From Eledone cirrhosa (taxonomy: Eukaryota), in the NCBI GenBank assembly GCA_964016885.1, contig OZ024741.1:390166001-390230000 (forward strand): DNA of 64,000 nucleotides, read 5' to 3'. Position numbers and translations under genes: made by a program. This document shows, piece after piece, positions 1 through 43,745 of this stretch (its first letter is position 1; every line of letters starts with the position of its first letter). The notes beneath the pieces are model-generated. The model was not told the DNA's origin and did no database searches. It worked only from the letters and a program-made list of their open reading frames with translations.

Positions 1-193
1 CCAGCGGTGAATTGGCAGTATCGGTAGAGGGTTGGACGCCATGCTTTCTAGCATAGTTACGTCCCTTTACAGTCCGAGTTCAAATCCCGCCGAGGTTAAC
101 TTTGCCTTTCATCCTTACGGGATCGATAAAATAAAGTACCAGTAATGTACTGGATAATTGCTGGCCTTGTGCCTAAAGTAGAAACAATTATTA
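1..193 (+). mobile_element. tRNA-derived SINE family A
   Basis: A-box TGGCAGTATCGG, B-box GAGTTCAAATCC, core GCCTTTCATCC..GATAAAATAAAGTACCAG, end GGCCTTGTGCC..GTAGAAACAATTATT. Confidence 0.85.
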
Positions 194-769
194 GACACCC
201 AACAAATGTGATAGAGTATAATTACTTGGTGTATTTTGTCATCAGCCAACAATCTAATCTACAGGTTTATATCTCCAGTTTTTATAGCATTTCTGCCCTC
301 ATGCACAAATCAAGTTTCACTATTGCTCTTTCAAATACTTTCTTTTTATGTTTTTTTTCCAAATAAAGAAAAACACATTAATGTGTTTGAGATGTTTGTC
401 TTCATTGTTAACTCTTCAAAATAGAAGGAAAGTTTGGTTAAATAAATAAAAGAGTAAAATAATCTTAGTTGCTTAATTTGTGAAGTACCTAGATATTTTT
501 TACACTCATTTGTTTCCAGGCCAATGAGAGAACTTGTGCCTGGTTACACAATCTGCTAGAAGTAGTTTAAAAATTCCCTCAAACCACACCCAAATGTAGT
601 CTGAGGTAGACATTGCTTGAACAACGTTAAAATGGACATGACAAAAATACCTTTCGATTATAGGTCTTCTCCTTCAAGGCTGACCTAGGGCTAAACAACA
701 ATTGTTTGCTTCAGTTATTCTATTTGAAAAAATTGCTATTCTCCACCTCCATTTCCCAAGGAATATCAG

Positions 770-1750
770 TATATAAAAGTAGTTGAGTCTTTATATTGCT
801 GATGTTGTGGTGCAAGTGTTGCAATCCTTTTTTGTTGTTTGTGTTTATGGCTGTTTAACTTGTGGGCTTTGTCTCTTTGTGTTGGGTTTCCATTTGTTGT
901 TATAGGTATGAGTTGGGTTTGGTTTGTGATGTTGTCTGTGGTGGGGTTGCTATCTGTGGTAGTGATGATGTTGGTATTAAGTGTTTTGCAGCTTTAACAT
1001 TTTTCTTCTACCCCTCCCCCTTTTGAGGGTGACTTCAGTGAGTTTTTCTAATTTCTTCTTGTCTTTTTTTTTGTGGCAAATGGATTGCTAATCTTCCTTC
1101 TCATCACAATCCATATCTAATTATGAAGTTGGAGAGGGCGTGTCCTCCATGTGTGTTCGTGTTGTAGGTGGTATTGGTATCAGTTCTGCTACTTTTGTTT
1201 TCAGTGCAGCTGTCGTGAATGTCACTGCTGCAGCTGAAGTTGGTTTGGCTTCAGTGCAGGTCCTACAGTCATTGCCCTCACACCATTGCTGCTTCCATTG
1301 TTGTTGTGGTCGCTGGTACTGCTACCTTTGTTTGCTGCCATGCTCGAAACATTGGCAGTAGTGGGTGGGGTGGGGGCGGATATCTATGGGCAGAAATCCT
1401 TTAAGTGAGTTATGGTTCCACAAGTGTGACATTATGGCCTTCTACCACCGCTACCAGATGAGTATCTTCTGGGAGGTCAATCTGACCAGTGTGGATGAAG
1501 AGCCACATCCTCATTCTGGACCAATTTTCTACTTTAATTTTGAAGACCACCAGAGTTTTGCATCTCATGTCCCTCACTCATATCTGAATTGATGGCTGCA
1601 ATTTGAGGCTTACTTTGCTCTTGTGAATAATGAGCAAAGCTGCTACTGTGGCTGTTCCATACTGAAGACAGTTGGCTGATCTTTTCTGCAGATGAAAATT
1701 GTTTTACCACCAGCAAAATTTCTAGGGGATAGAGATCGAGGAAAATCATC
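770..1750 (-). mobile_element. Old degenerate Tx1 ORF1 fragment
   Basis: Minus strand near 1390-1460 reads CHTCGTITHLKDFCP (CCHC knuckle), in a context resembling 26419-26907. The flanks are T/P/A-rich. Confidence 0.65.
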
Positions 1751-2197
1751 TAGGAATGTAATTGATTTAGCTACAAAACAATACAAAAGTTTCAACAAAA
1801 AATGTTTCAAAAACAGGTGAAAAACAACAAATAAATATGTGATCATTTGAAAAGCAAATATTATAATAATAATAATCACGGTTGGATGTATGGTAGATTT
1901 TAAAATATATATATCTTTATTACATTTTTTATTTACATGCAATTTTTCAAAAATAGGAATCAAAAAAATATATTTTTTCATTTTTTTTCTTAAACTGGGG
2001 AGGGATTGATAGTGAAGAGGAGGGAATATTTATATATAAAGATCTGTAGAAAAACAATTTTTTGAGGAAGAAAAAATAATGAAAACAACAAAAAAACCCC
2101 CCATAAAATGACTCATTTACAATGCGATGACATTCAAGCAAGGGAGATAAATGTTATTAGGATTTATAAACCTTAGTGAGATGAAAGGTAGAGAAGA

Positions 2198-3215
2198 AAT
2201 AATAATTGCTTCTACGTTTGGCACAAGGCCAGCAATTACCCAGTGCATTACTGGTACTTTATTTTATCGACCCCGTAAGAATGAAAGGCAAAGTTAACCT
2301 CAGCGGGATTTGAACTCAGAATGGCAAGGGCCATAACTCTATGCGTCAAAGCATGGCGTCCGACCCTCTACCGATACTGTAATAATGATAATAATTGTTT
2401 CTACTTTTTAGCACAAGGCCAGCAATTACCCAGTACATTACTGGTATTTTATTTTATCAACCTCGTAAGGATGAAAGGCAAAGTCAACCTCGGCGGGATT
2501 TGAACTCAGATCGTAAAGGGACCTCGTTATAATAATAATAATTGTTTTTAACTTAGGCACAAAGTCGACAATTTGGGATGAAGTGGGAAAGTCAGTTATT
2601 GACTGGTACTTCCTTTTATTGATCCTGGAAGGAAGAAAGTCAGTTATTGACTGGTACTTCCTTTTATTGATCCTGGAAGGAAGAAAGTCAGTTATTGACT
2701 GGTACTTCCTTTTATTGATCCTGGAAGGAAGGCAAAGTTGACTTCAACTCAGTAAAGAACCAATCGTTTCTGATTTAGGCACAAGGCCAACAATTTTAGG
2801 TGGAAGGAAAAAGTCAATTAAATCGACCTGTGTATTACTGGTACTTTATTTTATCAACACAGTAAGGATGAAAGGCAAAGCTAACTTCAAGGGATTTGAC
2901 ATTAGATTGTCATAACTAAATACCACAAAGGATTTTGGCTGGCACTCTATCGATTCTGTCAACTCACCATAATAATAATATTTACTATTGGGATTGATAT
3001 GATTAATTTAACTCCCCATCCAAATTTGCTGGGCTTGTATTTAAATTAGAAATCATAATTTATTATCATTATAATTAGAGGTGGGTAGATTGGTAATATC
3101 GGTAGAGCGTCGACAACATGCTTTGCAGCATATAGTTATGGCCCTTTACGTTCTGAGTTCAAATCCCACAGAGATTAGCTTTGCCTCTCTCCCAAAATTG
3201 TTGGTCTTGTGCCAT
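2198..3215. mobile_element. Cluster of at least 5 SINE-A copies and fragments, one with a 48-bp internal triplication (2591-2730)
   Basis: Repeated SINE core on the minus strand (2200-2378, 2390-2525, 2540-2750, 2762-2970) and the plus strand (3085-3215). Confidence 0.82.
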
Positions 3216-3568
3216 CATCATCATCATCATCATCATTATTATTATAATTAGTAATTAGAGGGAGATTAATATGTTCTGTTGACACCTGATCACTGGCTCA
3301 AATCCTTTGAGATGAACATTCAGATGGGTTGCTGACCATCAGCAATTATATGTATGGATGATTAGAGTATTTTGTTAAAATGCAAGAAAAAAATTTCCTT
3401 TGATCCTTTAATATAATATATAAAGTTAATTTAATTTTACAAAAAAAAAAATAAATACAACAAAAAAAAACCTACAAAATAGCAAGAAAGTGGGGAATCA
3501 TATATATATATATATATATACAGTATATATATATATAATTTTCCATCCACTTTCTATATTGGCCTGGG

Positions 3569-3611
<43 letters not shown>

Positions 3612-3789
3612 ATTACAACATTACATATATACACACACAAATCAAAAAGAATCATAATAATACACAAATATATACACAAATTGATATATTTATCTATGGA
3701 TGAATGTGTATGTATATGTATGCAAGAAAGACAAATTTTCTATTGTCTTCATTCTATGTTAATACTGAAATGCACACTATTTAAGATTA

Positions 3790-4440
3790 ATGCATATATT
3801 TTGCTAATATACACACATATACACAGTGTTGAAATAAACAAACATATATTTTACTAATACACACATGTACATATACACAATGTTGAAATAAACAAACATA
3901 GTTTACTAGTATACACACACATATACACAATGTTGAAATAAAACAGTTTACTAGTATACATATATACACACATATACACAATGTTGAAATAAAACAGTTT
4001 ACTAGTATACATATATACACACATATACACAATGTTGAAATAAAACAGTTTACTAGTATACATATATACACACACATACACAATGTTGAAATAAAACATA
4101 GTTTACTAGTATACATATATACACACACACATACACAATGTTGAAATAAAACATAGTTTACTAGTATACATATATACACACATATATACACAATGTTGAA
4201 ATAAAACATAGTTTATTAGTATACATATATATATACACACATATATACACAATGTTGAAATAAAACATAGTTTACTAGTATACATGTATACACACACATA
4301 TACACAATGTTGAAATAAAACATAGTTTACTAGTATACATATATACACACATATACACAATGTTGAAATAAAACATAGTTTACTAGTATACATATATACA
4401 CATGATGATGATGATGACACACATTACACAATGTTGACAT
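3790..4440. repeat. Minisatellite, ~56-62-bp unit, about 10 copies
   Basis: TACACAATGTTGAAATAAAACATAGTTTACTAGTATACA plus a variable (TA/CA)n segment. Confidence 0.92.
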
Positions 4441-5701
4441 AAGCAAAGACACTCTCCACACAACACACTGACCATATTGACTCATTTTGAAATTTTTTTT
4501 ATCAAGATTAGATTTTGTATACACATAGATAGAAATATATTAGACCCAGACACACTTGAGTACATATCTTTTTACAGTTTTATATGAAGTAAAATGTAGT
4601 TATTGAATATTGTATTATACTATATATGGTGGTGCCAAAAACCATTACACAAACTCAATGGAAAAGTAGTTGAATAATAGAAAGGTTACTTTTCTACTTT
4701 TAACAGCCTGTAATAATTTAGCCGAAAATAGGTAAAAACTTGTCTGTTAATTCAAATGTTTATAGTATCTTTACTACTAGACAAGTCATTGTGAAAATTT
4801 ACAGTAAACTCAAGTAAAGACTTTAATGTTTAACATCAGCTAAAACTAGCTCTAGTTCTATGAAACAAAATCACCAATTTTAAAGGGTACCTATTTAAAT
4901 TAAAATCTTCCAAAATAATTTTTTATAAGAACCTTATGTTATGTTATTAAAATGCTGGTCTTATGTCTATTATTGAAATCATTATCTTAGTCATGAAATA
5001 TTTAATAATTCTATTTTAGTTTACTTAGCAGAAAATAGGTACCCTTACAAATATTGGGTGGCATTTCTAGCACTCATCATTTTTGATAATTGTAAAATTG
5101 CTAGAGATAAAATACCTAGCTGAATCTCAAAGGGAAGGCTTAAGAAAGAATATTTTCTCACCAATCATGATCCAAACTGATTTTTCTGTTTTACAATAAT
5201 CTTATCCCAATTATCCATAATCTCATCTTATTTCTTTTGCTATCAGCTCAGTCATATACAATTGTTCCAAATTGTGATTGTTAATACTTATGAAATCTTC
5301 ACCAATGCAATGATTGAGTCTATAATACTAAAAACAGGTAACTGTCAATTTGGGATATGATTGTTGATTTGATTTTGAAAATAAAGGATACTTAACATTT
5401 GAATTAAATTAATCCCCCACCAAAAGGGAGAGAAAAATTGTAAGTTCTACATACTTCAAATTTGATAAGACATGAAAATTATATGATTTTGCTGAATGAA
5501 AACAATTTTTTTTTCAAGTAAGCACAAAGTGATATTCTGAAGAGTCAGGAATAATAAGAAACTGATTTGACTTAACAATTGTTGAACACAACATCATTAC
5601 ATGTAAACCAGTTTTGTTATGCTATATATTGTGAATGGCTCTTAACCTTTTCATTAATAATCGTAATTAAATAACCAAAAATAATCACAAACTCCAAATT
5701 A

Positions 5702-36059
<30,358 letters not shown>

Positions 36060-36120
36060 TATTATGGCCGTCCTTCGTAATGTGAAATTTATTCTTTAAA
36101 ATCTGTTAAAACAAATAGGT
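36060..36120 (-). other. Probable 5' UTR portion of exon 1 and upstream splice acceptor (implies a non-coding upstream exon)
   Basis: Minus strand CTATTTGTTTTAACAG| ends at 36103, 43 nt upstream of the ATG. Confidence 0.45.
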
Positions 36121-36294
36121 AATTCAATTTATTAATCACTAGAAATGGACATTAATGAACATGGGGAAATTTACCAATGTCCTTATTTTAAGTTGCTTAA
36201 CCCTTTTATTTCTAACTAGAGCACTTAAAAAATAATATTTAAATAATTAAAATATACACAGACATGTATATAATGTAAAATGAAATTGGAAGGC

Positions 36295-36352
<58 letters not shown>

Positions 36353-36890
36353 GTGTGTGTATATATATATATATCTGTGTGTGTGTATATATATATATAT
36401 ATGCGGATGTCTGTGACCTATATACACCGATCACAGACAGACAGACAGACACACACACACACACACACACACACCTATACATACACACTTAGAAACCCTT
36501 TCTATTTTGTAGGATACTGCAATGCTGTATTCGTTTCTTTGAAGTCACCGGTTGTAATTTCATTCAACAACACCACCAGCTCTCTCTCTCTCGCGCGCTT
36601 CCATTTTCTTTCTCTCTATCCTTCTCTCTCTTTATTTATGAAGGTACCCAGAAAACCCCACATCCCGGGAACCCGTGCTCCAATTTACGCTAAACTTGTT
36701 TTATTCCATTTGTATTCCCATTTGAAAGTATTTTCCCATTATGTGCCCTTTTGGCTGTATTACATTTCAGACAAGCAAGCAATCACAGAGTTTTATTAGT
36801 ATATAGATTTAAAAAATACTGCCTATGATTTCAAATAATTTTGAAAATAATCAAGATTATTTTAGAGAATGTTAGTAATATAACTCTGCC

Positions 36891-37176
<286 letters not shown>

Positions 37177-37229
37177 TTATATATATATATATAATATTTT
37201 GTCTCTTAATAAAGGAAGAATTTAGAAAA

Positions 37230-37580
37230 AGCATGTCAGGTTTCTGCCAGCTACTGGTTCCATGTAACCCAGTACAAGCTACTTCATGGTCGAGTGGTCG
37301 GCGACTAAAGCGGCTCTCCCACCAGGTCCTTGTCTGGTGAGGAGGGTAAGTGGAACCCCAGTAGTAGCCCCCCCCCCCCCCCAAAAAAAAAAACAAGAGC
37401 TGTTAAAAGGATGGATGAACTCCTCAGAGTCAACGGCCATCCACCCCAACTATGGGTTAAATAGCCTCACCAACACACAATTGGCCAAGTATGGTGAGTA
37501 CGGCTACACCTCTGACATGAACAAAACCAAACAGAAAGGGTGGAGGTCAACCAGGGAGGGGTTCCTCCAACAGGAGTGAG
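37230..37580 (+). mobile_element. RTE-type 5' UTR fragment
   Basis: GCTACTGG..CCCAGTACAA..CATGGTCG..GGCGACTAAA and GAGTCAACGGCCATCC are shared with the reverse complement of 56220-56400. Confidence 0.6.
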
Positions 37581-38484
37581 AAGGACCTGGATTGGATTTA
37601 GAAATAGCAGTATAGCTGGTTCTGAGTTAGATATCACTCTACTTTAGTTCATTTTATGTCTAAGAACTTTTGTTAAGTTGTAAGTTATGTTCCAAACACA
37701 AACCTTGATAATAAGAAAGTTAATTATATATTTTTTTTCTCATATATAGGAATGTAAATCGATATCACTGCGTGATCGATACTTTAATTTATCGACTCCG
37801 GAAGAATGAAAGTAATATTCATCTTGGTGGGCAGTGAAGTAGCAAGAATTTGTGTCACCCGGGGAAGTTCTTCAGTTTGCTGTTCCTTCCCTATGAAAAC
37901 ACACAATGTACCGCTCCACAGAATGTGTGTATCCCCCCCCCCCCCCGGCCACCACACCAAATGAACCGATCCCCGCCCTGGTACACTATTGGTAGAATTT
38001 GATTTGAAGGAAACTCCGCTACTATTTCTATCAGGTCAAACTGTAGACTTTCTTCAAAGTACTTTGTCGTTAAGGTTACATGGGAAAGTTATGACTCCCA
38101 ATTTTTCATTTCTCCGGTAAATCACACAACCGCAGGGACCTCATTCTTAAAAACAATTTTTATTTTATCATTCGTTTTTATTCTTTAACACTAAATCATT
38201 AAACATTATATATATAAATGTATGTATGTATGTATGTATGTATGTATGTATGTATGTATGTATGTATGTATGTATGTATGTATGTATGTATGTATGTATG
38301 TATGTATGTATGTATGTATCGTTCAGCGCATCGGTAGGGGCTCTCCTATATGGATATAAAGTAATGGCCGTACTCGAAAACGAGTTGGCAGCCACCATGT
38401 ATATATATATATATATATATATATAATAATTGTATGTATGTATGTATGTATGTATGTATGTATGTATGTATGTATGTATGTATA

Positions 38485-39403
38485 TATAAATGGAAAAGAA
38501 TGAAACGAAATTTCATTTCTCACTCTTAGTACGGCTGATACTTAAATGTAAGTATGTATACGTACATACATATATGTATACAGACGTACAGTAGTATGTA
38601 TATATATACATACATACACACATATATATGTACGTATACGGGTTTACCGAATATTTATTATAATGTTCCAGCCCGAATTATTAGCCGTACAGTGTTTGGA
38701 AACCATCGTCGCCTTTTTGTTCAACACTGACACAGGAACGATGTACTAGTTTCAAGCTTATTAGCTATCGTCAGCATCGTATACCTTCCTGTCAGATGAT
38801 TGAACGTTTGAAAGTATATACTTTCCTTATGTATATTAACGACTGAGCAGCCTAATTTGCATATCGAGTGAGTTAGTCGGCCGGGCGTACCGAAAACGAT
38901 AAATGGAAAAGAATGAAACGAATTTCATTTCTCACTCTTAGTACGGCTGATACTTAAATGTAAGTATGCATACGTACATACATATATGTATACAGGCGTA
39001 CAGTAGTATGTATATAGATATACATACATGCACACATATATATATGTACGTATGGGTTTACCGAACATTTATTATAATGTTCGGTTTGTTTGTAAACAAA
39101 TAGCCCGAATTACGCCGTACAGTGTTTAGCAACCATCGTCGCCTTTTTGTTCAACACTGACACAGGAACGCTGTACTAGTTTCAAGCTTACATCGTTCCT
39201 GTGTCAGTGTTGAACAAAAAGACGACGATGGTTGCTAAACACTGTACGGCTAATAATTCGGGCTGTTTGTTTACAAACAAACCGAGCATTATAATAAATG
39301 TTCGGTAAACCCATACGTACATATATATATATGTGTGCATGTATGTATATATATATAAACTACTGTACGTCTGTATACATATATGTATGTACGTATACAT
39401 ACT

Positions 39404-39450
<47 letters not shown>

Positions 39451-39492
39451 GTAAGTATGTATACGTACATACATATATGTATACAGACGTAC
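38485..39492. repeat. Penelope-like terminal repeat: direct tandem (38485-38760, 38900-39190) followed by an inverted copy (39190-39490); a further copy at 59551-59890
   Basis: AAATGGAAAAGAATGAAACG..CTCACTCTTAGTACGGCTGATACTTAAATG is repeated. The hammerhead lies at the end of the first unit. Confidence 0.82.
38739..38779 (-). ncRNA. Minimal type I hammerhead ribozyme motif (Penelope-like repeat)
   Basis: CGAUG-CUGACGA-U-AGCU(AAUA)AGCU-U-GAAA-CUAG-UA-CAUCG: intact core, 5-bp stem I, palindromic stem III. Confidence 0.75.
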
Positions 39493-39639
39493 ATATATAT
39501 ATATATATATAGCTGGTCTAATGCTAGGATGGATGGTTATGTTGTATTGATTCGGTTGTTATGTGTGTACTCCCTTGTGGATTGTTCAGTAGTGTGGTCA
39601 CTGTTGTGTACATGTAGGTGAGGGAAGATCGATGTGCCT

Positions 39640-40400
39640 GATACAGTGTGACCAGAGACTGCGTGTGTGCAAGTAAGTGAGTAACAGATTCCATTAACGC
39701 ACATATGTCTCTTGAGGCCTGCAGACCTTTTGACAGATGGAGCATATCACAGACTCATTCTGTCCGAGAGTGTGAAGGTTGTCATTTTGAGGAGCAGTAG
39801 GCTGTCAGCCTTCATATTAACACATAGTTGGTCACAATGTTCAAGTCGGCCCAGGTCAAACCTTTAAATAGATGAGAAGCAGCACTGGCACAGCTCTTGT
39901 GTTCTCATACTTTTGTCTTCCACAAAGAGAAGGGGATGCTGCATCGTTTCAGATTGTCCTTGAGTTTGTCTTTGAAGCGCAAGAGTGGTCTTCCAGCTGG
40001 CCTGCCTGTCGGAAACTGACCCAAAACAGCTGCTTAGGAAGTCTGCTATCACTCATACGAGAAAGATTCTCTGCTCACGTGAGCTGGACAAGAGGATACC
40101 TCTAATGCCCGACATGTTGCATTAGAACCTCACAGTTTCTAATGTGATCGATTAGTTTAATGTGATCGATTAATTTTATGTTGCAGTTGGTACGAAAGCA
40201 TCGCACGTGAAAAATATCAAGCTGATTAATGAGTTTTCGGTACAAAGTAGCGATGTCAGTACTACCTGTACACTTCAATTTTCACCTTTAATGAGACATC
40301 GTGCGTGTTCGAAGCCTACCGAAGGCAGAGTTAGCATTCCCAACCTTGCATTCTATTTCTTTGCATCATCGGATACAATGGAGCCAAGATAGGTGAAGGG
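39640..40400 (-). mobile_element. Degenerate RTE RT C-terminal fragment
   Basis: Minus strand from 40400 reads FTYLGSIVSDDA..VGNANSAFGRL. Further decayed post-RT sequence follows. Confidence 0.6.
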
Positions 40401-41315
40401 GGAAACAGTTTTCAAGGCTTTTCCATCGACATAAATATAAATAATTCATTCTTTATCATTAACATTAATATAAAAAATAATAATTATATTTTTTTAGAGA
40501 AGAGTCTAAGATTTCATATAGCTTAGGGTCTGAGCAGGTGAATGTCTGGCCCTGGTTTAAGCTGTGACTATCTCATCTGTTTTTGTTTGTTTTTTCCCAC
40601 AGACATAGAATATCTAGAATTATGTTGTTCAATGTTTCCTTTCTTTTTTTTTTAAGACTGGAGGGCATTGTTCCGAAACTGCACACAGGTGCGCCGTGAG
40701 AAGAGTAAGATTCTTCTTAAAAGTGTGAAAAATACAAATTGAAATTTGTAATATAGTTCATATATAATTATCATATAAAAGTAGGAAGCAACTAAGCTAG
40801 GAATGAAAACATTGCCAAGAAACACCAAGTGCGTGTTTCTTATTAATAACTTGGCTCCATTTATTATCTTAAGAAGGAAGTACAAATAATTTTTCTGTAT
40901 TTTTATTTATCTATATGTCTACTTTATACTATATTAATAAATTCGAACAAAAACGGCCCAAATATTTACAAATTCTGGAGCACGCCAGTTTGGGAGTCAC
41001 TGCGGTGAAGTGTGATTCAAGGAAATTTAACTGTTATTTGTAGCAAGAATCTCCCCACACTGGCTTATAAAAATAAAATCAATGACAATAGAACATTTTG
41101 AAATAATAAACACAGAGAAAAACAGTTTTACAAATGATTGCAGTGTGGAAGTATATTGCGGTCAATTGGTGCAAATGTTGTTCTAGAAGGGTTTGTGATC
41201 AAATATATAGCAAAGCAGAACAAATGATCGTCAGCATAAAACTTTACAGAATGAAATAGTGCGGAAAAAAATAATACACACACAAAATGATAATGAACAC
41301 CACCACATCAACGAT

Positions 41316-41570
41316 TCATTCTTACGGGGTTGATAAAATAAAGCACCAGTAATATACTGGCATAATTGCTGGCCTTGTGCCAAATGTAGAAACAATTATT
41401 ATTATTATTATAGTTACGTCCCTTTAGGATCTGAGTTCAAATCCTGCCGAGGTTAACTTTGCCTTTCATCTTTACGGGATTGATAAAATAAAGTACCAGT
41501 CATGCACTGGGGTCGATTTAATCGACTTTCCCCTCCCCCCAAAATTGCTGGCCTTGTGCCTATATAAGAA
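41316..41570 (+). mobile_element. Two tandem truncated SINE-A copies
   Basis: SINE core is repeated. Confidence 0.8.
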
Positions 41571-41628
41571 ACTGTCCTTAATGTCTACTTTATGTAAACC
41601 CTTGTGGTTAATAAAGAAAACATTATTA

Positions 41629-41682
<54 letters not shown>

Positions 41683-41830
41683 TTTGAGTCTCAGTCATTG
41701 ATGTTAGTTAACTGGAAAGTTTGTCGAAATGAATATCAAGCCACTACCTGCAGCCTCAGATATTCAGGACGTATCGGAGGGTTCTTGCTGTTCACAGCAA
41801 GCAAGCCTTTTGAAGCGTTCCAAAAAGCGT
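41571..41830. mobile_element. Tx1 3' tip (+) joined tail-to-tail via (ATT)n with an RLE-element 3' end (-)
   Basis: Reverse-complement match to the junction at about 21965-22245. Confidence 0.8.
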
Positions 41831-41985
41831 GATTATTATTATTATTATTATTATTAGGGTGGTGGTGAGGATGATGGCGATAACGATGATGAAATTGAAA
41901 ACTGTGCGATGTCAGATGTTTTAATTTACAGAGGTTTCAGGCTGTGGCTATATATGTATAGCACGCTACCTGACTAAATACACAT

Positions 41986-42055
<70 letters not shown>

Positions 42056-42227
42056 GTATCTCGTTACCTGGTAAGAATATTCTTTTCGGATTGTGCAGCC
42101 TTAATATTGAGATGGAAATTGGTGATGGTTTGTAGAATTAAGTGAATAGCATCAATTGAAAAATATAAAATACTAAGTTATGTATGAGTGTTGCTTACAA
42201 AAGACAGAATGAACGGGAATGTCTAAC

Positions 42228-42296
<69 letters not shown>

Positions 42297-42611
42297 AAAG
42301 TGCGTATATATGCATTTATGTATACGCACACACATATATATATACATACACGCCTTACATGCTTGCACACACACAGACTCAGACACACGCACACATATAC
42401 AGAATGTATGTTAACTTAAAACAGATGCTTCTGTGTGAATGAGGAAATAAATACCAATTGGGCACGGCCGGCATGTCATCCTCTTTCTTATACACTCCCT
42501 ACCAAAATACATAAAAAAAATTACCATATACATATATATATATATAAGGTCCCAAGGCTGTGATACCATCAACACTATAAACACAGAGCTGGCATATCTA
42601 AGAACTGACTA

Positions 42612-42667
42612 ACTGACTGATGAGGTCATAGCCATTCAATGGTTATCATCGAAATATATATAGCAGT
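42612..42667 (+). ncRNA. Hammerhead ribozyme motif
   Basis: ACUGA-CUGAUGA-GGUCAUAGCCAU(UCA)AUGGUUAUCAUC-GAAA-UAUAUA-UA-GCAGU. Confidence 0.6.
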
Positions 42668-42707
42668 AAATAAAGGATTATGAGTTCATGCAATTGACCT
42701 ATGTTTC

Positions 42708-42747
<40 letters not shown>

Positions 42748-42811
42748 CCAGGGTGTCTATTTTACCGGGATCAGCTACATAGCCTCTTCATATAAATATA
42801 TATATACACAC

Positions 42812-42874
<63 letters not shown>

Positions 42875-43073
42875 AACGAGTAGGACCCCGACGGCTGAGC
42901 TCAAGCCGTTTCGACGGCTAATTCTGGACGCTAATTAGTCCAGAATTAGCCGTCGAAACGGCTTGAGTTCAGCCGTCGGGGTCCTACTCGTTCATATTAC
43001 CCACTCTACTACCCTAAGTATTGAGTACTTTGGTGCGTTATGGTCCACCTGGTTCCTTACCACATTTCCTTCG

Positions 43074-43147
<74 letters not shown>

Positions 43148-43271
43148 GTTAACGTATGTTGATGCCCTAAGGACAGACACTGGTCTGTTGGAGACGCAGG
43201 GCATGGCAGCGATAATGAGGGACAGAGACCGCTGGAGAGAACTCGTCCATGGATCTCGGGAATTTTACCCG

Positions 43272-43306
<35 letters not shown>

Positions 43307-43454
43307 CATACGCGGCCCACGTTAAGACAATTGTTAAGACTATTTGAAATCTTTTCCATCATCAATTGTTAAAAAACAATTTCAAATCATTTAGTCATCA
43401 TCTTATTATAATTCTGGTGGTGTTTCGTCCATTCGTAACGTACTTTACGCTTTA

Positions 43455-43745
43455 GTTACATACACACATATCTACTGAGTTACATATACACATATCTACT
43501 GAGTTACATACATACACATCTACTGAGTTACATACATACACATCTACTGAGTTACATACACACATATTTACTGAGTTACATACACACATATCTACTGAGT
43601 TACATACATACACATCTACTGAGTTACATACACACATATCTACTGAGTTACATACACACATATCTACTGAGTTACATACATACACATCTACTGAGTTACA
43701 TACATACACATCTACTGAGTTACATACACACATATTTACTGAGTT
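43455..43745. repeat. 24-bp minisatellite, about 12 copies
   Basis: (CTACTGAGTTACATACACACATAT)n. Confidence 0.95.

Noticed and set aside
1-100. tRNA-like A/B boxes here and at many other sites
   Set aside because: They continue into SINE bodies and lack a full cloverleaf. These are SINE heads, not tRNA genes.
3787-4440. Regularly spaced ~38-bp constant motif with variable spacers resembling a CRISPR array, with ORFs on top
   Set aside because: The spacers are only TA/CA slippage variants, the context is eukaryotic and there are no cas genes. It is a minisatellite, and the ORFs are artefacts.
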